From assembly GCA_905178155.1 (NCBI GenBank), contig CAJINV010000024.1:352715-416714 (forward strand): a DNA stretch of 64,000 nt. Reading direction: 5' to 3'. The notes beneath the pieces were generated by a model. That model was not told where the DNA came from. It saw only the letters and a program-made list of their open reading frames with translations, and ran no database searches. The stretch comes from Amoebophrya sp. A120 (Eukaryota > Protista > Dinoflagellata). The position numbers were made by a program, and so were the translations under genes. Positions 39,469-51,500 of the stretch are shown here, piece after piece; position 1 is the stretch's first letter; each line of letters begins with the position of its first letter.

Positions 39469-42400
39469 ATGGTGCTCGACAACAGTCTATCCTGAGTAAA
39501 AACGTGTCTACCCAGTGGTCAAGTTGGTAATTCTGCAACACAAATCTCCAACTTTGGGGAGGTGTGCATGACAAAGACAAGGAGAGGCGCATTGTAAAGA
39601 CGCCTTTTTGTGCTTTGTACAGCATTACGAATCTTCCCAGAACACGACTACAAGCACAAATTCCTCTCATGCGGATGCGCATGACAAATGTTGTTCTGTT
39701 CGTGTTGATGCAAAATTTTGCATGACAACTCCGGGGTGGAGACCACGTTTTTGCGCGGCATACATTCCTTCAGATTGTTCGCGGCTCTTCAGGCTGGACC
39801 AAAAAGCCGTGCTCGTCCGGGAAGACGACTTCGAAGCGTATTTTGGGCCACTCCTGCGATGGGCGGCGCAACAAGCAGAACGGATGAAAAACTTGGATGC
39901 CAACAATGGAGCAGAAGCGGTTTATTGTGCTGCCACCTCAGGAGGTAGTAGTAGCTCAGCAGCAGGAGCATCGTCTACTTCATCTTCTTCCACCCCCGCC
40001 GTACAAGTAGCATCAGCTTCCGCAGAACCGGTAACAGTACCTTTGCTATGAACTACAAAAGTATCGTACTCATGTAAATGCATTACAAATTTTCTCAGCA
40101 TGAGAAATAGAATCTGTAATGCTGATTTGCCTTGACAAGGAAATTTGCAATCCAAGACCTGCATTAATACGATTACGATACTTGTTTTGCACAGCATACT
40201 TGCCACCCTTCCGGGATTTCAACGAGTTTTTCCTACTGAACACCGAACGTGAGGTATCAAAATGAAAAATCCCCCCTCCCCATACTAAAAAGGGATACTC
40301 CTGAAAATTTGTGATGCTGATTTGTGGCCACAAATCGTCTCTGTATTGCATGAAGGCAAGAACTCCAGAGACTCCGCTGCGTTGTGCAGGCAATTTGTAA
40401 TGCTGTAGCGCCTACAGAGGACGTGCCTGCCTTGCTAGGTGCCTACAGCAAAACGCCCCTCCTCAGGCTGCGCGCCTGGCTGCAGTCCTCTACTGCAACA
40501 CAAAGCCGATTTGTGTAGACAAATCCCGCATCACAGATTTCCATTTTGATATGGGGCGGGGGGATTTTTCATTTTGATATGAGAAGGAACGGCGCGCGCT
40601 GGCGCAGCAGCGACGGGAAGCGGCGGAGCAGGAGAAAAAGCGGCTGCTGGGATCCGAGGACGAGAGCGAGGGCGACGAGCCCTTCTTTCCCGTAGTACGA
40701 CGACCGCCGACGAGGAAGATTGAAACAAAACGTCGACCTCGACCGTTGTTGCACCCCGGCGGAGGTGAGGAGAATCATGAGGACAAGGTCGAACGTCTGC
40801 GGAGGGAGCAGGAGGAGAGAGCGGCTCGAGATAAGGCAATGTGGGATCCTGACAACCCGCTGAATGAGATGGCTTATCTGCAGTCGCACCAAGCGCTCGT
40901 TTTCCACAAGAGCGCCGTTGTGACGATCGGGCCAGACGAGGAGGCCCAGGACTTGGCCGTTGCCGCCATGGATGCGCAGAAGGGCCTGGTGGTGAAAAAT
41001 CTGGCTTCGGGTTTGGGTCTGTCCGTTCTGATGTCGCAGACGGAAACGCAGGCGAAGAAAGAACAGCAGACCGAAGAGGACGAGGACCTACACCCGGTCG
41101 TGAAGACCTTGATACAAGAAGCGATAAGGAGCAACCCGCGCGTCATCGTTGACGAATTTGCAGCTTGGCACGCATCAATGCGGAGGGAATCTGGGGAGTC
41201 GGAGCTGTGTGCGGTGAATGATTTCTTTTCTCCTGGGGATTTTGCAAAAATGTCGGACCGTGAGTACGCTGCAGTGGCGCTGCAGCGGGCTCAGGACGTG
41301 AAAACGTTCTGTGACCAGGTGGAAGCGTATACCACACTATACGAGCGGACGCGGACCGAAGCGGACGACAGGCGCAGGGAGGAAAAAGATCAGTTGAATG
41401 ACCACTATCTTAATCAACATCAGTTGGGGCTAGGCCGCGATCCTTTTCACAAAACGAAAAGTGGTCCTTCGCCGCTGACGAAGCTCGCGGCACAAACTGT
41501 GGAGCAGCTCCCGCCGGGATTCATACCCTTTGTCGAGTTCGAGCTGATGCGGCTGGACCAGGGCCCGGTCGTGCCCGGCGTCGACAAGCAATCCGCCGAG
41601 TGCTTGGTGGAGACCTTGCTCCTGTCACCCGACGAGGAGCACTTCGAGACGGGCCGTCACCGGGCCCAGGTCCGCGCGACGTTTGAAGGCGTCTTGAGCC
41701 GACGCGCGATGACCCAGCTCGGGAAGTTTAAAATCAGTGCCGGAGAGCAATTTTTGCAGCACCTCGGCCTTCCACACAATCTCCTAGAACACCGCCTGTC
41801 GCCCTTTGTCGAGTCGGAGCGGAACGATTACGGAGTACCACGGAAAGACAAGCAGGCGCAAATGTGGGTACGTCCGTCTAGGGTGATCGCAGAAAGCGGA
41901 CTATCCTACGAAGACGATCAACTGTCGATCACATCAACGCCTTTCCCATCCGTCTGGACGGCCGAGCGGACGGCGCACGAGCAGTGGTGGCTTTCCAACT
42001 TTTCACCGGCAACCGAGGACGAGCATTTCTACGGCTTTCGAAAGCAGCACAAACTCTACAAGGATTGGAAAATCGCAAATTCACCAGACCCAGAGGAAGG
42101 AAAAGTATCAAACGACCGAGCCAGCTGTCTGCCTTCCGTCGAAGGGTCGGCGCACGATACGCTCTCGTTCGCCTTTTCAACGAGCATTTCCGGCGGAGAA
42201 GAGGGCATCCTGAACATCGGCATGTTCAAGCGGGAGCGGGAACCACCAGGCACGGCAAAATCTTCGCGTGCGACCAGTTACAGGGATTTTTCATGCTCCA
42301 CCAAGCGGGGGCGGGACACTAAGCGGTATGAGCGACTTTGGCACGACCCGCTTGATTTTTTCTTCCTGCCGAACGCCATCGACACGCGTATTGACCGAGA

Positions 42401-44257
42401 GAAGATATGTCCCGAGGATCCGTCGCGACAACGCTGGGGGGTATGGGTCAGGGCTCGACACTACACCGAGGAATCCGAATCACCATCGCCAGTATTTGGA
42501 ATGTCATGGAGAAGACGTGGCCCAAGCGAGCACGTGAAGGATGATCCCACACGGACACGGACCGAAGAGTTCTACTTCGCGACGGAGGAAGAAGCAGATG
42601 CGTTCGTGGCCGAGTTCGAGATCTGCTGCAGAATCGCACGCGAGTGCCGATTATCAAATGCAAAAATGTCTGGGTCTGGATCTGGAAGGTTGGAACTTGT
42701 CATGCTAAATCTGAATCAGGCAAAAAACTGTGTTGCGTGATTGCCAAAAGTTGTGCACTTTTGACCTGATCGAGAGGCAGTCTCTCATGCAGGATAGCCA
42801 TTGGAAAGGTTTCGCAGAATCTGTCTTGCTATGTCCTGCATACCAGACCTCATGGGTTATGGAAAACCTGCATGACAAGTCTGGTAATCTTCCAGACCCA
42901 GACACTTTTGCAATCCATACCGATACGCGAAGCCGGTGGTAGAGATGATGAGCATGTACGAGCACGTCAAGAACAAAACCGTATCGTACGAAAAAAGTGT
43001 TTCACTGTAAGGGAAAACAAAGCTAAAAATCCATTATTTTGTTGCATGTGTAGCATGACAAACACTTCTTCGCAGATGCATTTTCTGCATTACAAGTTTA
43101 CAGTGAAGCAATTTTTTCTTGCGATGAACCGGAGAGGACAACTACTGTTCCTGGTTTACCCACGTCTACCCCGACAAAGCTGGTGAGAAAAAGTGCAGCC
43201 GCATCTCCTTCATTCTCAACGAAGAAGGATTACCACTGCTCCTATCCACTGCGAATATCATTTCCGGGTCTGGAAACCTGTGATGCTGATGCATCGGGGG
43301 ATGGGGATAATTGCAACACTTATATTTGGAGCCACGAAGCATGACAACTTTATTATTTTCATATAACGCTCTCTGAACCTGAAGCGACGTAGCACGCATG
43401 ACAAGTATGTGTTTTTGTATCACAGATGAAAGTTTGCTTTTGCCTGTCACGGAGAAGAACAGAGATTCTGCTGGCCGCATGCCCGACACGCAATACAAAC
43501 TGAGCTTTAATATTCTTTCCAGACCCAGACATATTTGCAATGCATAGTGCCCCACCGAGACCGAGGAGCTCGACCAAGACCAGGAAGCCGCAGAGGAGGA
43601 GCCCAGCAGCGAAAAGCCGCTCGCTACTCCCGACCTCAACACTGCTACGTGGGCCGAGGTCGCACGCGTCGTCTTTGCGCACCGCCTGAAGCAGCAGGGG
43701 CGATTATCAAGAAGAAAAGTCCCCCCTCCCCATACCAAAACGGAGATCTGTGATGCAGATTTGTGGTCACAAGTCAGCTTTGTCATGCTAGGAGGAAAGA
43801 CGTGCGGAGTGTAGTGCTGGCTGGCGTGGGAAAGCCTCGCGCCTTCAGCATGACAGAGAGCAACTGGAAGTGGGAAACAGCATGACAGATTGCCTGCAAA
43901 CGAGGCCACAAATGCGGCTCTTGGCCTTCTGGCATTACAAGTCGATTTGTGTACTCAAATACAGCATCACAAATTTCGTTTTCGATATGGTGGGGGGGCT
44001 TTTCCCTTTTGATAGCGATCGGAATCCTGGTGTCCTTCCGTGCGAGACCCGATCCGGTTTTATTGCGTGTTTGCCGAGGATATGCATTGCAAATATGTCT
44101 GGGTCTGGTAGTAGGGTGTAACTTGTCATGCTACATCTGGATCGTGGCAAAATTTGTGTTGCAAATGACAAACCTAGCACTCTTCCAGACCGAGACATTT
44201 TTGCATTTGATAAAGTATGAGAAGGAAGAAGGTGATGGTGAGGAAGTGCAACAATGA
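39469..44257 (+). CDS. Large hypothetical protein (gene A), 9 exons and 8 introner introns; paralog of 59195-63242
   Basis: Exons 39469-39486, 39767-40045, 40203-40253, 40584-42650, 42924-42980, 43131-43241, 43551-43703, 44019-44079 and 44217-44257 form one open frame; FRDFNEFFLLNT, TWAEVARVVFAHRLKQQ and RDPIRFYCVFA match the paralog; 5' start uncertain. Confidence 0.85.
39488..39762. mobile_element. Introner
   Basis: TIR tatcctgagtaaaaacgtg / cacgtttttgcgcggcata; direct repeat cagtc/cattc. Confidence 0.85.
40047..40198. mobile_element. Introner (short)
   Basis: TIR tatgaactacaaaagtatcgta / tacgatacttgttttgcacagcata; direct repeat tttgc/cttgc. Confidence 0.8.
40255..40579. mobile_element. 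Introner (cccccctccccata family)
   Basis: TIR tatcaaaatgaaaaatcccccc / ggggggatttttcattttgata; direct repeat tgagg/tgaga. Confidence 0.95.
42652..42919. mobile_element. Introner
   Basis: TIR tatcaaatgcaaaaatgtctgggtctgga; perfect direct repeat ccgat. Confidence 0.95.
42982..43126. mobile_element. Introner (short)
   Basis: TIR tatcgtacgaaaaaagtgtttcactgtaa / ttacagtgaagcaattttttcttgcgatg; perfect direct repeat aaccg. Confidence 0.9.
43243..43546. mobile_element. Introner
   Basis: TIR tatccactgcgaatat...gggtctggaaa / tttccagacccagacatatttgcaatgcata; direct repeat gctcc/gtgcc. Confidence 0.85.
43705..44014. mobile_element. Introner (same family as 40255)
   Basis: TIR tatcaagaagaaaagtcccccc / gggggggcttttcccttttgata; perfect direct repeat gcgat. 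Confidence 0.95.
44081..44212. mobile_element. Introner (short, internally deleted)
   Basis: TIR tatgcattgcaaatatgtctgggtctgg / ccagaccgagacatttttgcatttgata. Confidence 0.9.
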
Positions 44258-45559
44258 ACCAGTTGGAAGATGAACTCAACTTGACGTGGCGAGGAAAAAG
44301 TAACAAAATATAAATGTGCAAACCCAAATCTTTTCTATTCAAAGAAGAAAACAGCAAAAGTTATGTCGAAGACTATGATTATGAGTCTATATGTCGTGTA
44401 ATAAAATTTCGTCGGAAGCTAGTTGAATACGAATACAATTTCGACGAGAGCCAAAAACTTATATACTGTATGAAATTTGTGTTTGATGGTGACAGGAAGT
44501 AGAGCGCTGTACCAAGATACGATAAATCGGCTCATAAGTATTCCTTCGAGTGATCTTGACCGGCCTTCGTCGACCCTCGAACACACGCACCTCAATCAAA
44601 GAGCAAGGATTTAAGCTTTTTGATACAGCGCTATGCTTGATGGAAGCGGCATGTGTTTCTGGGGAGTGGAGGAATGGGCCAGCCACAGTTCTTTCACTAG
44701 CTTTGTGTTCGTGAAAAGAAGTCTATGTTTCGCTTTTTTCTTCGATCGATTGAAGACGAGTGCAAGCACTTCCCAAGGAAGTACTCAAGTAACCAGATCC
44801 ACTTTTTCGACAGAGATGTTCGCTCGGATCGATTTTTTGTTGTTGTTTTTTCCTGTTTCGTCTTTTTCTCGATGTTAGATAGCAAGGAGCTGTAAGTGAG
44901 CATTCTTCTCGACCTTGAATCTTCATCAATATGAAAATGACAACTCTCCAACCCAAATGACAGTGATAGCGAGTTTTTTTTTTGTGTCCCTTTAGGGGGT
45001 AAAGAAAGCAAGCTATTATCGTAATACGTACCACTCCTGTGCCTTCATTTTCCTCTTGTGTCCAAAAATAATTTGTCCACCTTTGTACTCATAAACCACC
45101 ACGAAACTTTTATTCCTCAAGCTCAAGCACCAACTTCGTGAAGAATTTGCGATACACTGTACTGCAGAAACGCATCCACTCCTCAAGCTTTCCTTTACTG
45201 CTGTGTACCAAACTATGTTTCTCACGTTATCTAGTCTGCAAAACAAACCCTGAACAAATAATAGCCTTGCATCACTATCTACGTCATTCAAATACACTTC
45301 TATTGATACAAGGAGGTTGAGTTTGAGAAGGAGGACTCGATTACTTGTCTTTTCTTGAAGAAGTTTCGTCACTACATTACGTACGATTTTAGTTTTACAT
45401 TGATAAATATCTCTAAATTCATCAATACGGCGTTGCTCATCTGTGATATCTACCAATTTGGTGTTTATATGGTGCTATTATTATTTCAATTCTACTTCTG
45501 GTAGTCGTAGTCCACAAATAACCGCTATTTCCTCATCAAATCCACGTTCCTCATCGGCA

Positions 45560-48500
45560 ATGGCTGCTGCTCTCCCTCCGGCTGGGGGCAAGAAAGCTTC
45601 TGCCCGAACGATGGGCCAGATTTCCACGGAATTTCACAAGCGTGAAAGCGAATTTACCACTTTAGAGGGCACAAGATTCTGTCCCTGGGTCGGAAAAATA
45701 ATCATCGACGACAAGAAGAAGAAGCCAGAGGAACTCACCATCCTGGCTCGGGGGGACGCCAAGCTCGCCGTGGAACACCTGTGCAGCGACGGCGCATTCG
45801 GCAAGGTTGTCCGCCTGTGCATGAACCCCGATTCCGACCGTAACAGGAAAGTGCCCGCGGCCCGAAAGAAAAATCTAGCAGTGAAGGTGATCTCCAAGTG
45901 GAACGTATCCATTGAGTGTGTGTCCGGGTCTCGAAACTGGACTTGCACCCCTTCGATGTCTTGTAGCTTTTGCACTACAATCGAATGTTGCTGAACTGCA
46001 TAAAGAAGGCGCATTGCATGGTACCATTAAGTGGCGTGCGCAACCTCCCTGATGGGTGTATACCTATCTTCCCGCATGAGAGGTGGTCACCACCACTCTC
46101 TGCTGGTGAAAAAAGGGTGGGCAGCTGCTCTCGGTACGCTTGCAATGCAGACCTCAGTTGTGATGTACAAGTAGTGACGCGTTGCCAATAACAAGACAAG
46201 TCGCAGATGACCCAGACACATATGCAATGCATAGGCCGAACAGGACAAGGTCGAACAGTTGCGGCAGATGCGCGAGGCGGCGATCAACCTGCAGTTCGAA
46301 AACGGCAAGGAGGGCATTACTCCATGCTTCGGTGTCTTGTTCAGCGTGATTTTATGCAGTGCAAAGGCGTCTGGGTCTGGAAGGGAACAGATAAGCACAA
46401 TTTGTAATGCTGTTTTTCCCTCTGGCGCAGGGGAAGTGTCTGGCATGCACACAGAGCACCTCAATTTCTGTTCCTCATGCTCTTCTTGCATGAGAACTGC
46501 CGCTGCCGAATGGCGCAAACTGTGTGCTCCTTGCTGACCACTACTTACGCAAGGCAAGTTTCTCTCTCTTTCAAAATCAGTCTGAGACGTTTGCATGATC
46601 CTTCGAGCCCCAGGTACATTTGCAATGCATATCATAGCAACATTCTCATGTTCATCATGCCCCAGGCGATGATGAGCTGGGTGAAATTATCCCGAGGAAA
46701 AATGTCCCCATCCCACATTTGTGATGCAAGTCTGGATGCCCAAGAGTTCGGCATGCTCGTATTTGCAGAAGCGGAACACTTTGTGTACGCGGCTTCTACA
46801 GCCGTGCGCGAGTTCTACGCAAAGTGTCCAAATTTGATTTGTTATGCGAACTTTACCAGGGGTTCGAATCTCGATTTGTCGAGGAGCTTGCCCACCTTGA
46901 CTATGGGATGGTTACGTTTTTCCTCAGGATGCCGCTTTGACGCGAAGAAGCACACCCAGGCGTTCTGCGCGTTTACGGTCCACGTTTTGAATGGCTACAG
47001 GTACTTATTTTTTTACGACTTGATGGTGGGTGTTTCTGAGCGCGATGTTTGACGTGCGTTGTAGCATAATGGAATTATGGAAACTGGAGCAAAACGGCGC
47101 TTCATTCCGCAAGAACGACACGAGGATCTACAAACAAACTTTATTTTTTAATCGCAAGCAGGTACTACACGTCGCAAGGGCTTCAGCACCGTGACATCAA
47201 GGTATCATAGTCAAAACTGCCCCACATAACCCATATGGATGGTTGGTCTGTTTTTAGTACGGTTGGTCTGTGAATGTTAAGTAGGTGGAAGCAGGATTCG
47301 TTGACATTTCTCGTGATAAAGATTATCTTCAACAACAAGTTTTATTGATCTTCCTACTCTCTTCTACACGACCTGTGGGACCTGGTAGAGATTTTTTGGA
47401 TAACAAAAGTTCTTGCTTTTGCTGCAGAACGAGTTCGAGGCATCAGTGTGCATACTATAGCAGAAGACAAGTCGCATATGAGGCGGATGGCAGTTTTGAA
47501 TGTGATAAATTCCCAGCAATATGTTGCTTCGGAGTGTATCGGACCTCTCTGAGCTGCCACGGCACTACGTTCCGGTTGATCACTATCAGAAAAAATCCGG
47601 ACCATCGCAAGTACTACCGATGCAGGTTTTGCATTTAAAGATCGGTTCTGGGGCGTCACAGGTATATACAAATGTCGCAGAAACAGAAACACAATCGCCA
47701 TTGGAAACAAGGCTGACTGTGATGTGCCTCTACGCCCGAGAACACGTTTTGTCTTGCAAAAACGGATAAGTACTCAAAAGTGGTTGCGATGATGTTTTTT
47801 TCTTGCATACTGAGGAGTTTTACGGGTTCGTCGCATGCTATTGTACAGTAACTGGTCGGCTCTCATCGATATTCGACAACACTTGCAGCGTCGCGTGTAG
47901 TCATGTTGAAAGAGAGGTATAAGTGGCGTGAAGCGTAAGCCTGTGCATCAGTTTGCATGATTGAAACGGCACTTTCGCAGCAGGTGCACCCACACAGTAA
48001 TTTCCCTATCACTGTCGAAACAGAAAAATACGGCCGGCTGTTCTCCCTGCATACGCGCATCTGCGACTGGGGTTCGGCGAAGCACTTAACCGAGGAGACG
48101 GGCGAAAGTGGACAGCATAGTCCGCGCGGCAGGGTGGGCATTAGGAAGTGGTGAACTTTACCTGCCACACCAGCAGAGGCCTCATTGAAGCCGGGCAAAA
48201 GTAGTGTGAATCTATGCAGACAACTCTGTTGATTCTGATTTTTTTTTTCAAAATTTCTTCGTACAACTTTTTCTTTCCTTCTGATTTCGGATTTTTTTCA
48301 TTTCCTTTTTCCAAAAGAAGCTAGATGCGTCATGTTGTATCTTTTTTGCGGGATGAAAAGTCTTGAACCTCCTATCTGTTATGCATGCCGACGTCTTTAT
48401 AATTTTTTTGCATGCTCTTGTTTGCTATCGTGCAGGCAAAGTTTACACGTTCATAGAAGCCGACAACTACGCCTCCGTGGATTTTCGGATTCATTTCGAC

Positions 48501-51500
48501 GAAGAGGTGGAGTTATCTTCGGATGGCGAGAAGGAGGAAGAAGACGCAGATATCCTATGTCAAAACGTCCCCATCCCATGGCTCTCATGCAAATCTGCAT
48601 GCTCGAAGGATTTCTCATGCGGAGCGTAATCAGAGGCATTTTCTAGTCGTATTTTAATTTTGGGATTTGTCATGGTCCAATCGGCATACTATGTTCCAAA
48701 TTTGTGATGCAACTGAACTAGCGAACAAGCAGGATGACATTTACTAATGCGAACTTGTAATGCGCAGCAAGGAGTAGGAAATAAGCTGGGTCTTTTGTCT
48801 AGCGGATTTCCCCTCTTGACTCTGGGGTGGGGACATTTTTGCTGAGGATAGAAGAAGAGGAAGAAGTAGACCCCGATTTGCCGGAGGCCGTATCATCTGC
48901 AAGTATGTCTGGGTTCCCTGAAAGTAAGATTGTAAAGTTGTAATGCTGATCATTTTGCACCAGAAGGGGGAAAATCTGTCTTGCATAGTCAGCACGAGAT
49001 GCGCACTTTTTGTCTCCTGGACAGGGCGTTTCTTATTCAGGTCAAGCCTGAAGAAGCCTCCGCACAACGCGATCCGCTCTCAGTGCATTTCAGACCTTCA
49101 GGCAGACCCAAAAACAGCATGACAAATTAGCTCTGCATTCATCTTCCAGACCCACACCAGACGTTTGCATTTGATACGCGGGGGAGCAGATGGAGTACAA
49201 CCCCGTCCTGCTGGGTGACGCGCCGATTCCGGACGATGCCTGCGCAGTGTGCTTGGAAAAAGGAAGCGACTTGTTCAGCTTCGGACTGATGTTCCGCGAA
49301 ATGTATCTCGCTATGATCGAAGAACAATCCTTCCGCGCCGCAGGGTTCCTGGTGCGTTTGCAACTCCATCCGAAAATTTTCACCCCGGGGTGTGGGTGCG
49401 GCCGCAAAAGCACACGGGCAGGAACCCGGCGGCGTGGAAATTTTTCGAAAGAATATTTCGAATCAACATGGAGTCGAAGTATAACGAGGCGCACGCTTAC
49501 ATACTCCACCAGCAGGGCATCGACCTGAACAATCTCAAAATCCGCTCGCAAGAGGAATACAAGATGTTCATGTACCAGTTCTGGCACTTTCACTGCAGCT
49601 TGTTGGATCCCAAGGGCGTGCCGGAAGAACACAAGGACTACATCTACATGGATGTTCTGCGCAAATTCGGGCCAGGCAACAAGGGACTGGAACCAAAATT
49701 GAAAAAGGGAATCGAAGGTACACTATAAAGTTGTTTTTGCTGTAGTTCTTGAATGGAGTCAGATCACAGGTGGAGTTTGCAAAAATGCCTTGTAGAAGGA
49801 GGTCTTGGTGTGTGTCGTGTATTGTGCTGTGGTTCAGGACGCTGGAGTTTCTGGCGATTTTTGTGTTTGGGTGTTTACGATAAAAGATCATGGAATCGAA
49901 AATAAATGCCAATACAGCGTTCCTCAAAGAATCCAAGGCGGCCAGTGCGAAAAAAGATGGTCCCGACTTCCACCGCCTCTGCGTGCAGTTGACCAAGTTA
50001 TCCTGCGTAAAAAGCGTCCTTGTCAACTACACAGAGAAGTCGTATGTTATTGGTTCTTGCATGCCCCTCCGAATAACCGGAACGTGTGTCATGCAACACT
50101 CATGAAAATCATATTAATTGCGACGTTTTTTGGACATTTGTCATGCAAAGTTTGGGATCAGAACTAGGTGAAAACCCGAACTCCGTGTAGCCGCATGTAT
50201 GACCAGAAGCTGTGTGGGACGTCCTTGATGGCAAATTTGCCCGACTGGCCTCGGCTCCAAATAGCGGTCATCCCGTGCATCTCTATACAGCTTCTCGACT
50301 GAAGGACGCTGCACAATCATGAATCAAAGGCGACATGGACGTTTTTAGGCAGGATAGTAATGGGACCCGGCCGTGTATGCAAAGAAAAAAGTGTTACAGC
50401 TACATATTGTGTTGCAAAACATACAAGACAGGCGATCTCTGCCATGCGCAAAGTGCTTGCGAGTCTCCTTTTGTGTGTGTTTTGCCTTATGATCTCTGCA
50501 TTGCAAGTCCTCTCCGTCATGCGAGGCAAATTTGTGATGCTGAATTCACTACAAATGTGTAACTCTAAATGTAACACTTTTTTCGTTGGATATCGTACGG
50601 CACAGCGGATTGACCGATGATTTCCTCCGCGAATGCCGCATTTTATCGAAACAGCGTTTCGAGGAAGCTGCCTCATCGGGGTCCGAGTTGATGTTCGACT
50701 TGAAGGCGCCGCTGCCAGTGCCGGAATCCATGGCGCCCAGGATTCAGGACAACGTCAATGACTTGCTCGGCCCGCTGCTAGAGGACGCCGATGAGGACTG
50801 CGATAGGGTGGAGGCCCGCGAAGACCTCAAGGGAAAGGAAACCGAGAAACGTCAGCTGTTAGAGGAAATCGAGGAGAAGGTCAAGGAAGAGACGAGCACA
50901 AAGATCGCCAAGAACCTCCATATAATGCTGTACAACGAGAGGCTATCCCAATGAAAGAGCTAGTTCCCCTGACACAAACCGAGACTTGTGATGGGAGATG
51001 TGTGTGCGCGAATCATCTTCTCTGGCGAGCAGACAGCAGGATGCTTCTGTGATGATTTCTTTGTGTAACAAGTTCAATTTGTCATGCACAGCGTGGCAGG
51101 AAAAGGAAAACCTTCGCCGGTCATACTGACTGACGAGATACGTTAGCTTTTCTGACTTCACGCGAGAAGAAGTTGATTGGTGTACAATAGAAATTGATGG
51201 GTACTTCTACCATCAATTTTGCACACAGATGACGCCCGGAGAATTTCAGTTTTTTCAGTTTGATAGACACCGCTCTTGGACGACGCAGGCAATTTTACGG
51301 GCGAGGTGAAGCCGAGGAAGGCACCCGGCTACGTGGCCGAGATGCAGCGCAAGCACGCCGCTTTGGCCCCCGAGTTCTGGGGCACCGCGTACACCAGCAC
51401 GGGTGATGTGGTATCACATCATCTGACAAAGCTAGTTTACTTTTTCAATGACTTCATATGCTCACATCTATACGTAGAAATACATTCATTTCTGGCGTGG

